From Candidatus Micrarchaeota archaeon (GTDB lineage Archaea; Micrarchaeota; Micrarchaeia; Norongarragalinales; Norongarragalinaceae), in the NCBI GenBank assembly GCA_964630975.1, contig CAZVVY010000002.1, positions 44,633-108,632 on the forward strand: 64,000 nucleotides of DNA, written 5' to 3'. Shown one piece after another: positions 36,600 to 46,694 of the stretch. The notes beneath the pieces were generated by a model. It searched no databases. It saw only the letters and a program-made list of their open reading frames with translations, and was not told where the DNA came from. Made by a program: the position numbers and the translations under genes. The first letter of the stretch is position 1. Each line of letters opens with the position of its first letter.

Positions 36600-38117
36600 A
36601 TGCGTAAAACTCGATTGAGTATGGCCGCCTTGTTGTTGTTGGCCTCCTGTTTTGTGGTTGCCGGCGACTTGGAGGATGAAGCCGCGATTTACTCGAGGGA
36701 AGGCGAAAGCGTTTCGATAGTCGACGTTTCCGCGGGCGGCAACGCGTACCACTTCGTTTTATTCGACGACATTGAAGGCGTGGTGTTAAAGAAGGTTTCG
36801 GGCGGGTTTGAGGAAGTCAACGAATCCGAAGAATTGTCGCAAGCGGTGAGAGCTTACCAAGAACACGTCTTCAACGAGTTGGGCGTGGGCAACCTTTCGA
36901 CGGTTAGCTTGGAACTCGACTACTTCCTCGGCTTAGTGCATCCTTGCTGGTACGGATGCGACTTTTTGGGGAAGCAGAAAGGAAGCCAGTTTTATTTGTT
37001 CACTAAGACTGCACGCAACGACTTTCCGCGCTCTTTCGCCGTCTTGGACGAGTTAGAAGAATACCCTCCCTACCTTTACGACGCGATGAGCGCGGTCAAC
37101 GAATCATTTCTTGCGTTGGAATCACAGATTAGCGCGGGCGACGCGGACGGAGTAATCCGAAGCTTTTCAACGATTGAATCCAATTTGGATACGGTTAACG
37201 AGTACTACGATGAGTTGGCTTTCGTTCAAGACGAAATAATTTCCGAGTGGAGCTCCGACATATTCTACGTTTTCAGGGAGCATCGGCGGTGCGACAAGGC
37301 GACGCAAGTCGACGAATCCGTTTCCGTGCTCAAGTCGATGATTGCAACCGGTAACCGCGTGCCCAGCAGCGAGTTGTTGGAACGCTTGCAAAAAGAGTCC
37401 GAAGAGCGGGCGCCCATCGCCCAACGCCGCCGAATCGTTAGGACGCGCGAAGGCGCCTTATCCGACATTCAGAACACTACGCGGGAAATATCCGAATTGT
37501 TTTCTTCCAGCTTGTCCCTTGAAGAACTTAATTCAAAGGTTTCCGAACTCGAAGCCATTTACGCCGACTTGGAGGCCGCCGAAGACTTGTCGTCCGCCCA
37601 AGAATACGAGCAGCAATTCGACGCGAAAAAAGAAGAGGTCTACTTCATTTTAGAAGGTTACCAGGACTTTTACTCTTATTACAACGAGTCGGCTTATTCC
37701 CTCGGCCAAGCCGAGGAAAACGTGGAAGGGGCAGTCAAGAAGTACGGCTCCAACGACGAGCGTGTAATAGATTTGCAAAGCGATTTACAGGGCTTGCGCT
37801 CGCAATTGTCGCTTGCACAAAACCAGTTGGCTTCGGGCGCCGACCCCGAAGTGAAGACGCTGCTTGAAGGCATAACCGCGAACGCCACCTCGCTTTCAAC
37901 GCGTGCCGTCGAAATGAAGGCCCGCGAAAACGAGTTGGACTTCGTGTTAATCGGCGGAATCCTGTTGTTGTTTGCAAGCGCGGCCGCGATATTCGTTTAC
38001 TTCAAGAAGTACAAGGAGGAAGAGCCGCCCGAAGTGGACGTATCCGAGTTGCGCGACACTTCGACTTCGGCTTCGCCGGGCAGCATCGTGGAGCCGGGCG
38101 GCGAAAACCAACCTTAA
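36600..38117 (+). CDS. Hypothetical acidic surface protein (signal peptide plus C-terminal TM anchor)
   Basis: N-terminal MRKTRLSMAALLLLASCFVVAG, a long acidic helical region, and a C-terminal TM (VLIGGILLLFASAAAIFVYF) followed by KKYKEEE. Confidence 0.5.
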   Translation: MRKTRLSMAALLLLASCFVVAGDLEDEAAIYSREGESVSIVDVSAGGNAYHFVLFDDIEGVVLKKVSGGFEEVNESEELSQAVRAYQEHVFNELGVGNLSTVSLELDYFLGLVHPCWYGCDFLGKQKGSQFYLFTKTARNDFPRSFAVLDELEEYPPYLYDAMSAVNESFLALESQISAGDADGVIRSFSTIESNLDTVNEYYDELAFVQDEIISEWSSDIFYVFREHRRCDKATQVDESVSVLKSMIATGNRVPSSELLERLQKESEERAPIAQRRRIVRTREGALSDIQNTTREISELFSSSLSLEELNSKVSELEAIYADLEAAEDLSSAQEYEQQFDAKKEEVYFILEGYQDFYSYYNESAYSLGQAEENVEGAVKKYGSNDERVIDLQSDLQGLRSQLSLAQNQLASGADPEVKTLLEGITANATSLSTRAVEMKARENELDFVLIGGILLLFASAAAIFVYFKKYKEEEPPEVDVSELRDTSTSASPGSIVEPGGENQP

Positions 38118-38150
38118 TAGCGTTTGGAAAACACAATTTTTTCTTCCAGA

Positions 38151-38223
38151 GGGAGGTTGGGGTAGCCTGGCATCCTACCGGCTTTGGGGGCCGGCGACCC
38201 GAGTTCGAATCTCGGACCTCCCA
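38151..38223 (+). tRNA. tRNA-Pro(UGG)
   Basis: Acceptor GGGAGGU/ACCUCCC, anticodon arm CCGGC-UUUGGGG-GCCGG (U33, UGG, G37), and T arm CCGAG-UUCGAAU-CUCGG, followed by a T-run. The D-arm register is slightly ambiguous by hand. Confidence 0.8.
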
Positions 38224-38229
38224 CTCTTT

Positions 38230-38490
38230 TTATTGGATGTGTACGCCGAGCAACTCCAAGATTATTAGTGCGCCCACTCCCGCCAAACCGAAGATTGCGG
38301 AAACGAGTACCGTCAATAAGTTGATGCTTATTTCGAGTTCGTATGATGCGCCCAGCCAGTTCACCGCCAAAAGGGCGAGCACGCCGAGTACGGTGTTCAC
38401 GAGCACGCGCTTGATTATTACCGCGAGTATTACTGCCATTATTATCAGAAATACTGCGAGTCCCCACAAAGGTAAAGCGAATCCAATCAT
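38230..38490 (-). CDS. Small integral membrane protein (BofA-like?)
   Basis: 86 aa with three hydrophobic segments. Overlaps the nnrD stop by 4 nt. Confidence 0.4.
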   Translation of the reverse strand: MIGFALPLWGLAVFLIIMAVILAVIIKRVLVNTVLGVLALLAVNWLGASYELEISINLLTVLVSAIFGLAGVGALIILELLGVHIQ

Positions 38491-39227
38491 TTGAGTGCCT
38501 CCGGTAAGGCGCGAGCCAAGTCCTCCGCATTGAATACGCGCCGTTTCTTTTTTAGTTTGTCGCCCGCCTTCCCGTTAATCCAAGCCGCGGCGCAAGCCGA
38601 CTCGAACGCCGGGTTTTTACAGTGTAACGCCGCGCACAACCCTGCGAGAACGTCGCCCGTGCCCCCGCGCGCCATTACCTCGTTTCCGGTCTTGTTTTCC
38701 ACGACTCGTTTTGGCGAGGCGACGAAATCGGTTTCTCCTTTCAGCAACACCGCGCAGTCGTTTTCCCTTGCGGCCCGAAAAGCGTTTTTCTTTCCCGCTT
38801 TCAAGCCGAACGCATCTTCGAATTCGCGGGAGTGCGGCGTAACCAAACAGTTCTTGAAAGAGTCCGCCATCCTTATTGCGCCCGCGTCGAGAACCGTGCG
38901 CCTCGCTTTTTTTACTACGCGGTTGACGAGCCGCTTGTTTGACGCGTTGACCTCCAAACCGTTTCCGACGAGCACGCAATCGAATTTTTCGGGCTCCATT
39001 TTTTTCTCGGTTATGAAACACTTGTTTTTTTGTTTTTCTTGCGCGTTTGGGGGGTAAGGCGAGTAGTAATGCACCAAGTCGGTGAAGCGCGAAGCGGCTT
39101 CGATTGCCAGCAGGGGTGCGCCGTGGTATTTTTGGGAGCCGCCGACTATGAGCAGGCGCCCGTTAACTCCCTTGCGTCCCTTGCGCGTGAGAACGATTTT
39201 TTTGAGTATGCTTTTAGCCAGCGCCAT
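38487..39227 (-). CDS. nnrD: NAD(P)H-hydrate dehydratase (YjeF C-terminal carbohydrate-kinase domain)
   Basis: LLIVGGSQKYHGAPLLA, VLDAGAI and ARGGTGDVLAGL. Confidence 0.7.
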   Translation of the reverse strand: MALAKSILKKIVLTRKGRKGVNGRLLIVGGSQKYHGAPLLAIEAASRFTDLVHYYSPYPPNAQEKQKNKCFITEKKMEPEKFDCVLVGNGLEVNASNKRLVNRVVKKARRTVLDAGAIRMADSFKNCLVTPHSREFEDAFGLKAGKKNAFRAARENDCAVLLKGETDFVASPKRVVENKTGNEVMARGGTGDVLAGLCAALHCKNPAFESACAAAWINGKAGDKLKKKRRVFNAEDLARALPEALK

Positions 39228-39249
39228 AACTTCTTAACCCGCGCAAGAT

Positions 39250-41229
39250 TTAAACGATTTCGGAGTCGCCGTCCTTAACAACGCGGAAAACCTTGTCCGC
39301 GAACGCCTCCAACTCGCGCTCGTGCGAAACCACGATGACTTGCCCGTTAATCGAGTCGAATACGGCGCGCATTTTGTAGAGTTGTTCCTTGCTGAAGCCG
39401 TCGGTGGGTTCGTCCAAAATCAAGAGGTTTTCCTTTAATGCCGGGTATTCGCGGCGCGTCAACTCGTTTAGTGCCAGGCGGTAGGCGAGTGCAACCGCCG
39501 TTTTTTCCCCGCCGCTCAACGCGTTAACGTCCTGCTCGTAGCCGTCCTGCGTTATTTGCGGCGCGAACGACGCGTCCACTCGCGCATCCAATTCCGAGCC
39601 CTCCAACAAAGCGAAAACCCATTTGCGGAATTGCGAGTCGAACTCGCGGTTGATTACTCCGAGCACTTCTTCTTCCACGTTTTCCACGGTTGGAACGAAT
39701 TTTTGGTCGAGCCATTCTACGCGCTCTAATAGTTCGGTCAGCCGCTTTTTTTCCGAGCGCGCCTTTTCAAGCCTCTTCCTTTTCTCATTCAACAGCGAAT
39801 CCTTTTCTTCGAGTTTTGCCTTGGCGCGCTCCAAAGCTTTTTCGAGACGTGAAAACGCTTCTTCGCTTTCGCGCAACTCTTTTTTTGCTTGTTCCCATTC
39901 CTTCAGCGACGACGATAATTCTTTGATTTCCTTCTTTTTTTGTTTTAATTCGCGCCGTTTTTCCTCCAACTCTTTTTCTTCGCGTTCAACGCGCTTCTTC
40001 AATTCAACGGCGCGCTTTTCCGCTTTTTTCGCGGCTTCCAAGCGCAACTCGAATTCTTTTCTTGCTTGGGCGAGGCGGCGCGCTTCGTCCAAGCGCTTTT
40101 CGAGTTCGGCTGCGCGCGCCTCGGCTTCAACGGATTCCTTCAACAATTGTTCGGCTTTTTTCGCCTCGCTTTCGGCGTCGCCAACCATTTCGCCGCTGAT
40201 TTTTTGTCCGCAAGTCGGGCACCTGCCTTGCTTTGCCAAATCCTTTTTCCTTTTTGATTCGGCCCTCAAAACCGCTTCCTTTCTTTTTGTTTCGGTTGCG
40301 AGTTCTCGTGCCTTCAACCATTTTTTGTGCAGTTCTTCCGGGGTTTCAGCCGGTTTTTTTGGCTCTTCCGGCTTTTCAATTTGCAGTTCCCCCCGCTCTT
40401 TTTTCACGGATTCCAAGGAAGACTCTATTCGTTGCACCAGCGTCGAGAGCGAGTTAACGGATTCCCGTGCCGCCGCGGCCTCCGACTTTTTTTCCTGTAA
40501 TGCGGCTTCTTTTTCGCGGGCTTTTTCAAGCGAGTCGGATAAGCTCCGCTTTTTTTGTTCCGCGGACTCAACTATTTTTTGTAATTCTTTTTTTTCCTCC
40601 CCCAATTCTTCGACGACCTTCTCGTCTTCTTCAAGGCCGCGAGTCGAGCCCCGCAAGTACTCGCACTTCTTCTTTATTTGTGAGGAATACGTTTTCGCGT
40701 TGTCGCGCGCCGACTTGTATTCTTCGACTCCGAAAACTTTGCGCAGGGTTTGCAGGCGTTCGTCCGGCTTTTCGTTGAGCACGGCTTTCATTTCTTCCTG
40801 GGGAGTGAAAACCGCGTAACGGTAAATTACGCTAGTGTTCCTAGCGCCTTCGGGCTCGTTGAAGCCGAGTATTTTCAGTATTGCGGGCTTCATTTCGGAC
40901 GGCGAGTAATCGGTTTCGACTCCGTCCACTTCGATTGAGCCCTTGGTTTGAGCGACGCGGCCCGACTTCTTTTTTATGCCGCGCTTGACGCGCACTCGTG
41001 AGCCTTTCACTTCCAAGGCCACTTCGACGCTTGCCTCTTCAGCCCCGTGCCGCAACAAGTGCGAGGCCTTCAACCCGCCCAAGCCGAACAACGCGAATTC
41101 TATTGCATACAAAATAGTGCTCTTGCCGGAGCCCACGTCGCCTTCCAATAGCACGGAGCCGGCCGGCAATTCCAAGTCGGCTTTCTTGTAGGAACGAAAG
41201 TTTTCAACTGTTACGCGGCTTATCCTCAT
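39250..41229 (-). CDS. rad50: Rad50 ATPase (short form, 659 aa)
   Basis: Walker A GDVGSGKST, zinc hook CPTCGQ in the middle of the Glu/Lys-rich coiled coil, signature LSGGEKTAVALAYRLAL, and Walker B LLILDEPT. Confidence 0.9.
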   Translation of the reverse strand: MRISRVTVENFRSYKKADLELPAGSVLLEGDVGSGKSTILYAIEFALFGLGGLKASHLLRHGAEEASVEVALEVKGSRVRVKRGIKKKSGRVAQTKGSIEVDGVETDYSPSEMKPAILKILGFNEPEGARNTSVIYRYAVFTPQEEMKAVLNEKPDERLQTLRKVFGVEEYKSARDNAKTYSSQIKKKCEYLRGSTRGLEEDEKVVEELGEEKKELQKIVESAEQKKRSLSDSLEKAREKEAALQEKKSEAAAARESVNSLSTLVQRIESSLESVKKERGELQIEKPEEPKKPAETPEELHKKWLKARELATETKRKEAVLRAESKRKKDLAKQGRCPTCGQKISGEMVGDAESEAKKAEQLLKESVEAEARAAELEKRLDEARRLAQARKEFELRLEAAKKAEKRAVELKKRVEREEKELEEKRRELKQKKKEIKELSSSLKEWEQAKKELRESEEAFSRLEKALERAKAKLEEKDSLLNEKRKRLEKARSEKKRLTELLERVEWLDQKFVPTVENVEEEVLGVINREFDSQFRKWVFALLEGSELDARVDASFAPQITQDGYEQDVNALSGGEKTAVALAYRLALNELTRREYPALKENLLILDEPTDGFSKEQLYKMRAVFDSINGQVIVVSHERELEAFADKVFRVVKDGDSEIV

Positions 41230-42392
41230 TCGAGTGCCGCCTCCGCTTCACTGCAAACGCGGGCCTCAAAGTCCGCCTTTCTTTCGCCCGGCATTTGCTC
41301 GGTCTTCAACGCCTTCAACAAGCGCATTGCTTTCGACGGTTCGCCGAACGCCTGCGTGAACAACTCTTTTTCGATTTCGCCTCGTTCCCTTGCCTTGACG
41401 CGCACGCGCTCGACGCTTTCGCGCTCCAACGAATTCTTGTTCACGTAAACGGTTTCCGAAGGGAAAAACGCTTTTACGGCGCCCCAATCTACTTCGCCGG
41501 GGTTGCCCTTCATTTCGCCGGATACCTTGACCAATGAAACGTCGCACTCTTTTTTCGGCAACGCCTTCAATCCCTCTTCAAGCCGTTCGGGTGAAAACCC
41601 GGAAGCGTCGAACCCGTATGATTTTATGCTTCCCGCGTCAACTTCCACGAATTCCGGCTCTCCGCCTTCGCGGAAAACGTAGAAGCCCGTCTTATGCTTC
41701 GACAATTCTTCGAGGTCGCGGAAGTCGCTAGCCCACAACGGGCCGGGGTAAACCAGCGTGCCCCCGCGCTCTTTTTCGACTCGGCGCTCGTGCACGTGGC
41801 CCGAAGCATAGTAATCGAACCCTTTCGGCAGCAATGAAAGGGGAACGCCTGCAACGCCTTTCAAGTAATCGGGCTTGTATCTCTCGATTGCGGAGTGAAA
41901 CACGAACACTTTTTTTCCTTTTTCTTCTTCCAACGGCGCCAAGTCCAAGTCCTTGAATGCCTCCAATTCGAGGCCGCCGCGCCGCGCACTCATCCCCGCT
42001 ATTTTCACGCCCGTCTTTTCGTCCTCGACGAAACCCAGCTTCAATTTTTCGTTTTCGTACTCTCCGAAAACCGCTTTTGTCAGGATGCCCGCGCTCGCCA
42101 ACACGTCGATTATGCTTGCCTCAACAGGTGAATAGTCGTGGGAACCGTAAACAACGTAAATCCTTCTCCCCGAATCCGTGAATTCGCGCATCTTTTTTAC
42201 GGCGCGGTTGACTACGCGCATTTCGGGGAGCGGCGTGTGAAACAAGTCGCCCGCTATGATGACGAAGTCGAGGTCGGATTGAATGCAGTAATCCATTGCT
42301 TCCTCGAACGCGCGCAAATTGCGTTCGCGGAGCTCGGGCTGGCGGAATGCGCCGAGGTGCACGTCGGCCAAGTGCGCAAAAGAATACGGCAT
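41226..42392 (-). CDS. mre11: Mre11 nuclease
   Basis: Phosphoesterase motifs HLADVHLG, IAGDLFH, YGSHD and SGHVHE. Overlaps the rad50 start by 4 nt. Confidence 0.9.
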   Translation of the reverse strand: MPYSFAHLADVHLGAFRQPELRERNLRAFEEAMDYCIQSDLDFVIIAGDLFHTPLPEMRVVNRAVKKMREFTDSGRRIYVVYGSHDYSPVEASIIDVLASAGILTKAVFGEYENEKLKLGFVEDEKTGVKIAGMSARRGGLELEAFKDLDLAPLEEEKGKKVFVFHSAIERYKPDYLKGVAGVPLSLLPKGFDYYASGHVHERRVEKERGGTLVYPGPLWASDFRDLEELSKHKTGFYVFREGGEPEFVEVDAGSIKSYGFDASGFSPERLEEGLKALPKKECDVSLVKVSGEMKGNPGEVDWGAVKAFFPSETVYVNKNSLERESVERVRVKARERGEIEKELFTQAFGEPSKAMRLLKALKTEQMPGERKADFEARVCSEAEAALE

Positions 42393-42456
42393 AAACGTTT
42401 TTTGGTCGGCAAACTATTAATCGGTTTTGAGGGGGGGGAGGTTCCGTTTCTTCCCT

Positions 42457-43899
42457 TCAACCCACGAACGCCTTTCTCTTCACTTCTTTTCCGGCCTTCG
42501 CGTAATCATCGAACAACGGCACTTTCACGGGCAATGCACAAGGAGTGAAAACGCTGGAAACGATTGCTTCGCCCTTGTCAAGCGCGCCGATCGCCTTGTA
42601 GTCGTCGGACAAATCCTGTGCCGCGCTACCGATTATGGCTTCGCGCTCGCTTCTCATCTCGTTGCCGAGAATGATTTTCGTGTTCAGGTTGGCGAGCACT
42701 TCTTTTGGAATCAAGCTGGCTAATTGCGTAATCGCTATCAAGCCCACACCGAACTTTCGGCCCTCGCGCGCAATCGTGGAGAACACGTTGGAGCCCGCGG
42801 ACTCGTTGAGCACGCGTGGCGCTTCTTCCAAGACTATTGAAACCGGGCGGTGCTCTTTTTCCCGCCGCGCCGAAGAAAACACGGCGTTGGTAAGAATGCT
42901 TGCAACCAGCAACTCGGTTTCGCCTCCGAACGCGGAAGTATCTATTACCGCTTTCTTGCCCGAAAACAATGCTTCCGCCACGTCGTCTACCACGGTGTTG
43001 CTTCCCGCGTTCACGAACAACGATTCCTTCAACAACAAGCGCATCTTTCTTTGAAGCACGGCGGCAGTGCCTTCGTGGACGTTGTCCAGTGCTTTTCCTT
43101 CAAGTAAGGCGTCAAGCCAATCCTCGCCGTGCTCGTTGAACGCAGTGTAAAGGGCTTCGCGCTGGGCTTCACTGAACCGCGTAACGCCGTTGAAGTGCCA
43201 CGGCTTCACCAGCGACTTGTTGATTTTCAAGGTTATCGCGCCGTTGCGCGGGTTCGGCGAGTAAACGACGAGGCCGCCGCGCGCTTTAGGGTGCCTCTCC
43301 AAGGCTCGCTGGTATTCGCCGTGCGCGTCCAACACGAGCACGCCGCAGTAATCGGATTCCATCAACGACCAAAGCATTACTTTTACGAGGTTGCTTTTTC
43401 CGCGGCCGGTTGAAGCGGGTATGAGCACGTGGTGCGTCAAGACCTTTTCGCCGTCAAGCGCCACTTCCTTGCCGAGTTGTCGGCTGCCCGAGCGCACGAA
43501 TCCCAAAAACAATTTTTTGTCCGCGTCCTCCAACAACTGCAAGTCTTTTTCTTCGACTCCGCGAACCATTGAAAAGAATCTTGGAAGCGTCTTTACGGCG
43601 TGCGGCTTGCCCGTTATTTCAACGAGTCCCTTTACTTTTGCCAGGACGTAGTTGCGGAATTCCTCTTCGAAGAAACGCGTTTCTTCGCCGACGCCCTCCA
43701 GTTTCATTCCGCTTGCCAATTCCCTTGCCTCGGCCGAAACCTGGCTTCCGTACGCCAAGTCGTAAACCTGCAACAAGTGTTTTCCGCCGCCCGGCGACTC
43801 GGCGACCAGCAAGCCGCCTATTTCGAGTTTTTCGCCGGCTTTCTGCCTGACGAGTATTTCACCGAAGCCGCCCGAAATTATTTGCCCTAAAACATTCAA
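42457..43899 (-). CDS. herA: HerA-type (FtsK/HerA superfamily) DNA translocase ATPase
   Basis: Walker [15 protein letters not shown] and Walker B-like [10 protein letters not shown]. Positioned between nurA and mre11. Confidence 0.8.
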   Translation of the reverse strand: MNVLGQIISGGFGEILVRQKAGEKLEIGGLLVAESPGGGKHLLQVYDLAYGSQVSAEARELASGMKLEGVGEETRFFEEEFRNYVLAKVKGLVEITGKPHAVKTLPRFFSMVRGVEEKDLQLLEDADKKLFLGFVRSGSRQLGKEVALDGEKVLTHHVLIPASTGRGKSNLVKVMLWSLMESDYCGVLVLDAHGEYQRALERHPKARGGLVVYSPNPRNGAITLKINKSLVKPWHFNGVTRFSEAQREALYTAFNEHGEDWLDALLEGKALDNVHEGTAAVLQRKMRLLLKESLFVNAGSNTVVDDVAEALFSGKKAVIDTSAFGGETELLVASILTNAVFSSARREKEHRPVSIVLEEAPRVLNESAGSNVFSTIAREGRKFGVGLIAITQLASLIPKEVLANLNTKIILGNEMRSEREAIIGSAAQDLSDDYKAIGALDKGEAIVSSVFTPCALPVKVPLFDDYAKAGKEVKRKAFVG

Positions 43900-44853
43900 T
43901 CAAATCACGTCCAAAACCGAGTGTGCATCCGTCGCCCGCAACAACCCCGCGTTTTTCAAGCCCAATAACTGTCTGGCTGCCGCGGTTTCCCTGAACGAGA
44001 CGCGCGCCATCTTGTCCGCGTCCACGAGGCCGTAAGGGTAGCCCGGGAAACACGGGTCCGAACATTGGAAGGCGACCTTCTCCGCGATTCCCTCCCCGCC
44101 TCCTTTTTCGACTTCAAAACGGAACGCGTAATCGCTTCTTGAATGAAAACGTGCAACGAATATTTCCGCGTTGTGGTCGGGGTGTTCGTTTTCGCATACC
44201 GGGCCGTACAACCAAGCTCCTTCGGGCGCCATCTTTTGTACTGCAACAGTCAACGGCAGGTTGGTGGTCGTCAACAGCGAACACGTCTTGGCTACGCCGC
44301 ACAATTTCCCGGAGCCGAAACACTTGTGCGCGTAATCGGCTTCGCCTGAAACACTCGTCTCCAACGCCCCGTCGCGCACCACTACCTCCGCCTCATTCAA
44401 CGCCTTTTCGGTCAGCGCCCACTCCGCGTAACGCCTTGCAACGTTGCCCATTGCCGAAGGCAATGCCTTGCGGCCGTTCAACGAAACCGTTTTGTCGAAC
44501 GCATTCAACTCGAAGCCATCCAAACAAAAGCCGTTCAACTCGCGACATTCGGATTCCAGGATGCGGCCGCCGTTCTGCGCCCTTGCAATCACTAGGAACT
44601 CCGCTTTCTCTTGTTTGACTCGTTTGTCCGCGTTGAACACGTTGTAATACGCGCGCACCAAGTGCACGGCCGTTGACGGAGAGTTCAACAAACAGATGTT
44701 GCCGCCGTCAACGCACGCCACCCTGCCGCCGCGCGCATCCAACGGCCGAAAACGGTTTTCGTCGAAGGGAATGGCGCGGTAACGCGGGTCCGAGAAAAAC
44801 GGTTCACCTGATTCTTCTACGCTTACCTGCAAATCCAATAAATCCTTTAACAC
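43900..44853 (-). CDS. nurA: NurA-like 5'-3' nuclease
   Basis: 317 aa with VACVDGGN near the N-terminus (NurA catalytic Asp region). Its stop abuts the herA start. The call rests mainly on operon context. Confidence 0.55.
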   Translation of the reverse strand: MLKDLLDLQVSVEESGEPFFSDPRYRAIPFDENRFRPLDARGGRVACVDGGNICLLNSPSTAVHLVRAYYNVFNADKRVKQEKAEFLVIARAQNGGRILESECRELNGFCLDGFELNAFDKTVSLNGRKALPSAMGNVARRYAEWALTEKALNEAEVVVRDGALETSVSGEADYAHKCFGSGKLCGVAKTCSLLTTTNLPLTVAVQKMAPEGAWLYGPVCENEHPDHNAEIFVARFHSRSDYAFRFEVEKGGGEGIAEKVAFQCSDPCFPGYPYGLVDADKMARVSFRETAAARQLLGLKNAGLLRATDAHSVLDVI

Positions 44854-44949
44854 GCTTTTTTCAAGGATTTCAAACCTAAAAATCGTTTCCCTCGACGAAA
44901 ATCCTTAAAAATGACAACCATTATTAACTATTCTCGACGAAATGTCGGT

Positions 44950-45381
44950 ATGGACTCAAAAGATTCGGCGATTTTAGTCGAATTGTTGGCGGATTCCCGT
45001 CAGTCGACCGCGTCAATAGCGCGCAAAACAAGGGTTCCACGTGCAACGGTCCACGAAAGAATTCAACGCTTTCGGGAGAAGGGGTTGATTCGGCGGTTCA
45101 CCGTCGAGCTCGACCACTCCCTTTTTGGGCGACCTACCACCGCGTTCGTGTTGGCCGGGTTATCCCCTTCTTCCGAATCCAACCCCCGCTCCATTGCAAA
45201 AAAAGTGTTGGCGCTGGAAGGCGTGGAAGAAGTCCACCTGCTTGCCGGCGAATGGGATTTACTGGCAAAGGCGCGCGCCGCTTCCATTAAGGAATTAAGT
45301 GTTTCAATTGTCGGCCGCATTAGGAAAATCGGCGGGGTTTCACGCACCCTCACTTTTCCCGTTTTCTCGTCTTACGGGTAG
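44950..45381 (+). CDS. Lrp/AsnC family transcriptional regulator
   Basis: MDSKDSAILVELLADSRQSTASIARKTRVPRATVHERIQRFREKGLIRRF (HTH) plus a C-terminal RAM-like domain. An alternative start is at 44911. Confidence 0.75.
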   Translation: MDSKDSAILVELLADSRQSTASIARKTRVPRATVHERIQRFREKGLIRRFTVELDHSLFGRPTTAFVLAGLSPSSESNPRSIAKKVLALEGVEEVHLLAGEWDLLAKARAASIKELSVSIVGRIRKIGGVSRTLTFPVFSSYG

Positions 45382-46694
45382 GCGCGGTTGATTACGCGCG
45401 GGAACGGGATTGCGTCGCGGATGTGCTCGAGGTCGAGCACCCATTTCAGGAGACGCTCCACGCCGAGGCCGAACCCGCTGTGCGGAACGCTTCCGTACCT
45501 CCTCAAGTCGAGGTACCATTCGTAGTCCTTCAAGTCGAGGCCTTCCCCGTTCATCCTCTTCACGAGCTTGTCGTATTCCCAGATTCTTTGGGAACCCCCG
45601 ATTATTTCGCCGTGCCCTTTTGGTGCGAGCAAGTCCGAGTTCAACGCGTGCTCGCCGTCGGGCGCGGCCTCCATGTAAAAAGGCTTTATTTTGATCGGAA
45701 AATTCTTGACGAAAACGGGTTTGTCCAAGTCGTTCGTCAGCGCCGCCTCGTCCTTTGCGCCGAAGTCGTCGCCCCAATCTATTCCCGCCTTGTCAACCGC
45801 TTCCTCGTAACTCATTCTATTGAAAGGCGGCTCGACCACCGACAACTCGTCGGCCTTGCGGTCGAAGTTGCGCAGCAAACCGCTTTGCTCGTCTGCCATC
45901 TTGCGACACACGAACGAAATCATTTCCTCTTGTAGGCGCATGTTGTCCTCGTTGTCGTAGTGTGCCGCCTCCTCTTCCAAATGCCAATACTCGGCCAAGT
46001 GCTTCGTAGTCCTGCTTTTCTCGGCCCTGAATGAAGGCGCGAGTACGAACACTTTTTCGAGTGCTCCAATCAAGGCTTCGTTGTACAATTGCGCGCTTTG
46101 CGACAAGTACGCCTTGTCCCCGAAGTAGTCCAAGTCGAACAAGGTCGAACCCCCTTCGCACCCGCTCTTCGTTATGATGGGCGGCGAAAACTCGTAGAAC
46201 CCTTGTTCGTCGAAGAACTCGCGCAAGTAACGGACCACGTGGTGGCGCGCCTTGAGAATGGACGTCATTTTTTGGGAGCGCAGCCACAAGTGCCGCACGT
46301 CGAGCAGGAACTCGGTGCTCTGGTCCTTCGTAATCGGGTATGCTTCGCCCAAGTGAGCCAACTCGAATTCGTCGGCGCGCATTTCCCAGCCGCCCGGCGC
46401 GCGGTCGTCCTTGTGAATGGTTCCCCCCACTTTGACGGCGGACTCTATGAATGCTTTTTTCGCGTCTTCAAGCGCTTTTTCGCCGGCAACCCCTTTCTTG
46501 ACCGTGCATTGGAGTACGCCGGACCTGTCACGCACTACCACGAAAGCCATTCCGCCGCTGGAGCGCGACCGGTAAACCCAACCGCGCACGCGTACCTTGC
46601 CGCCTTCGGCGTATTCGCCGTTCAACACGCTTGAAATCGAAGCGAATTCAGTCGTCATAACACAAACCCTTTGTTTTTGCGATTTATTATTCAT
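45372..46694 (-). CDS. asnS: Class IIb aminoacyl-tRNA synthetase, most like asparaginyl-tRNA synthetase
   Basis: N-terminal OB fold (VRVRGWVYRSR), motif 2 FRAEKSRTTKHLAEYWHLE, and motif 3 GFGLGVERLLKWV...IPFPRVINRAYP. The C-terminal tail resembles AsnRS more than archaeal AspRS. Confidence 0.6.
   Translation of the reverse strand: MNNKSQKQRVCVMTTEFASISSVLNGEYAEGGKVRVRGWVYRSRSSGGMAFVVVRDRSGVLQCTVKKGVAGEKALEDAKKAFIESAVKVGGTIHKDDRAPGGWEMRADEFELAHLGEAYPITKDQSTEFLLDVRHLWLRSQKMTSILKARHHVVRYLREFFDEQGFYEFSPPIITKSGCEGGSTLFDLDYFGDKAYLSQSAQLYNEALIGALEKVFVLAPSFRAEKSRTTKHLAEYWHLEEEAAHYDNEDNMRLQEEMISFVCRKMADEQSGLLRNFDRKADELSVVEPPFNRMSYEEAVDKAGIDWGDDFGAKDEAALTNDLDKPVFVKNFPIKIKPFYMEAAPDGEHALNSDLLAPKGHGEIIGGSQRIWEYDKLVKRMNGEGLDLKDYEWYLDLRRYGSVPHSGFGLGVERLLKWVLDLEHIRDAIPFPRVINRAYP

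Noticed and set aside
39623-40819. A 398-aa Ser/Phe-rich plus-strand ORF.
   Set aside because: It is the antisense shadow of the Glu/Lys-rich Rad50 coiled coil. It is low-complexity, and the opposite strand carries unmistakable Rad50 motifs.
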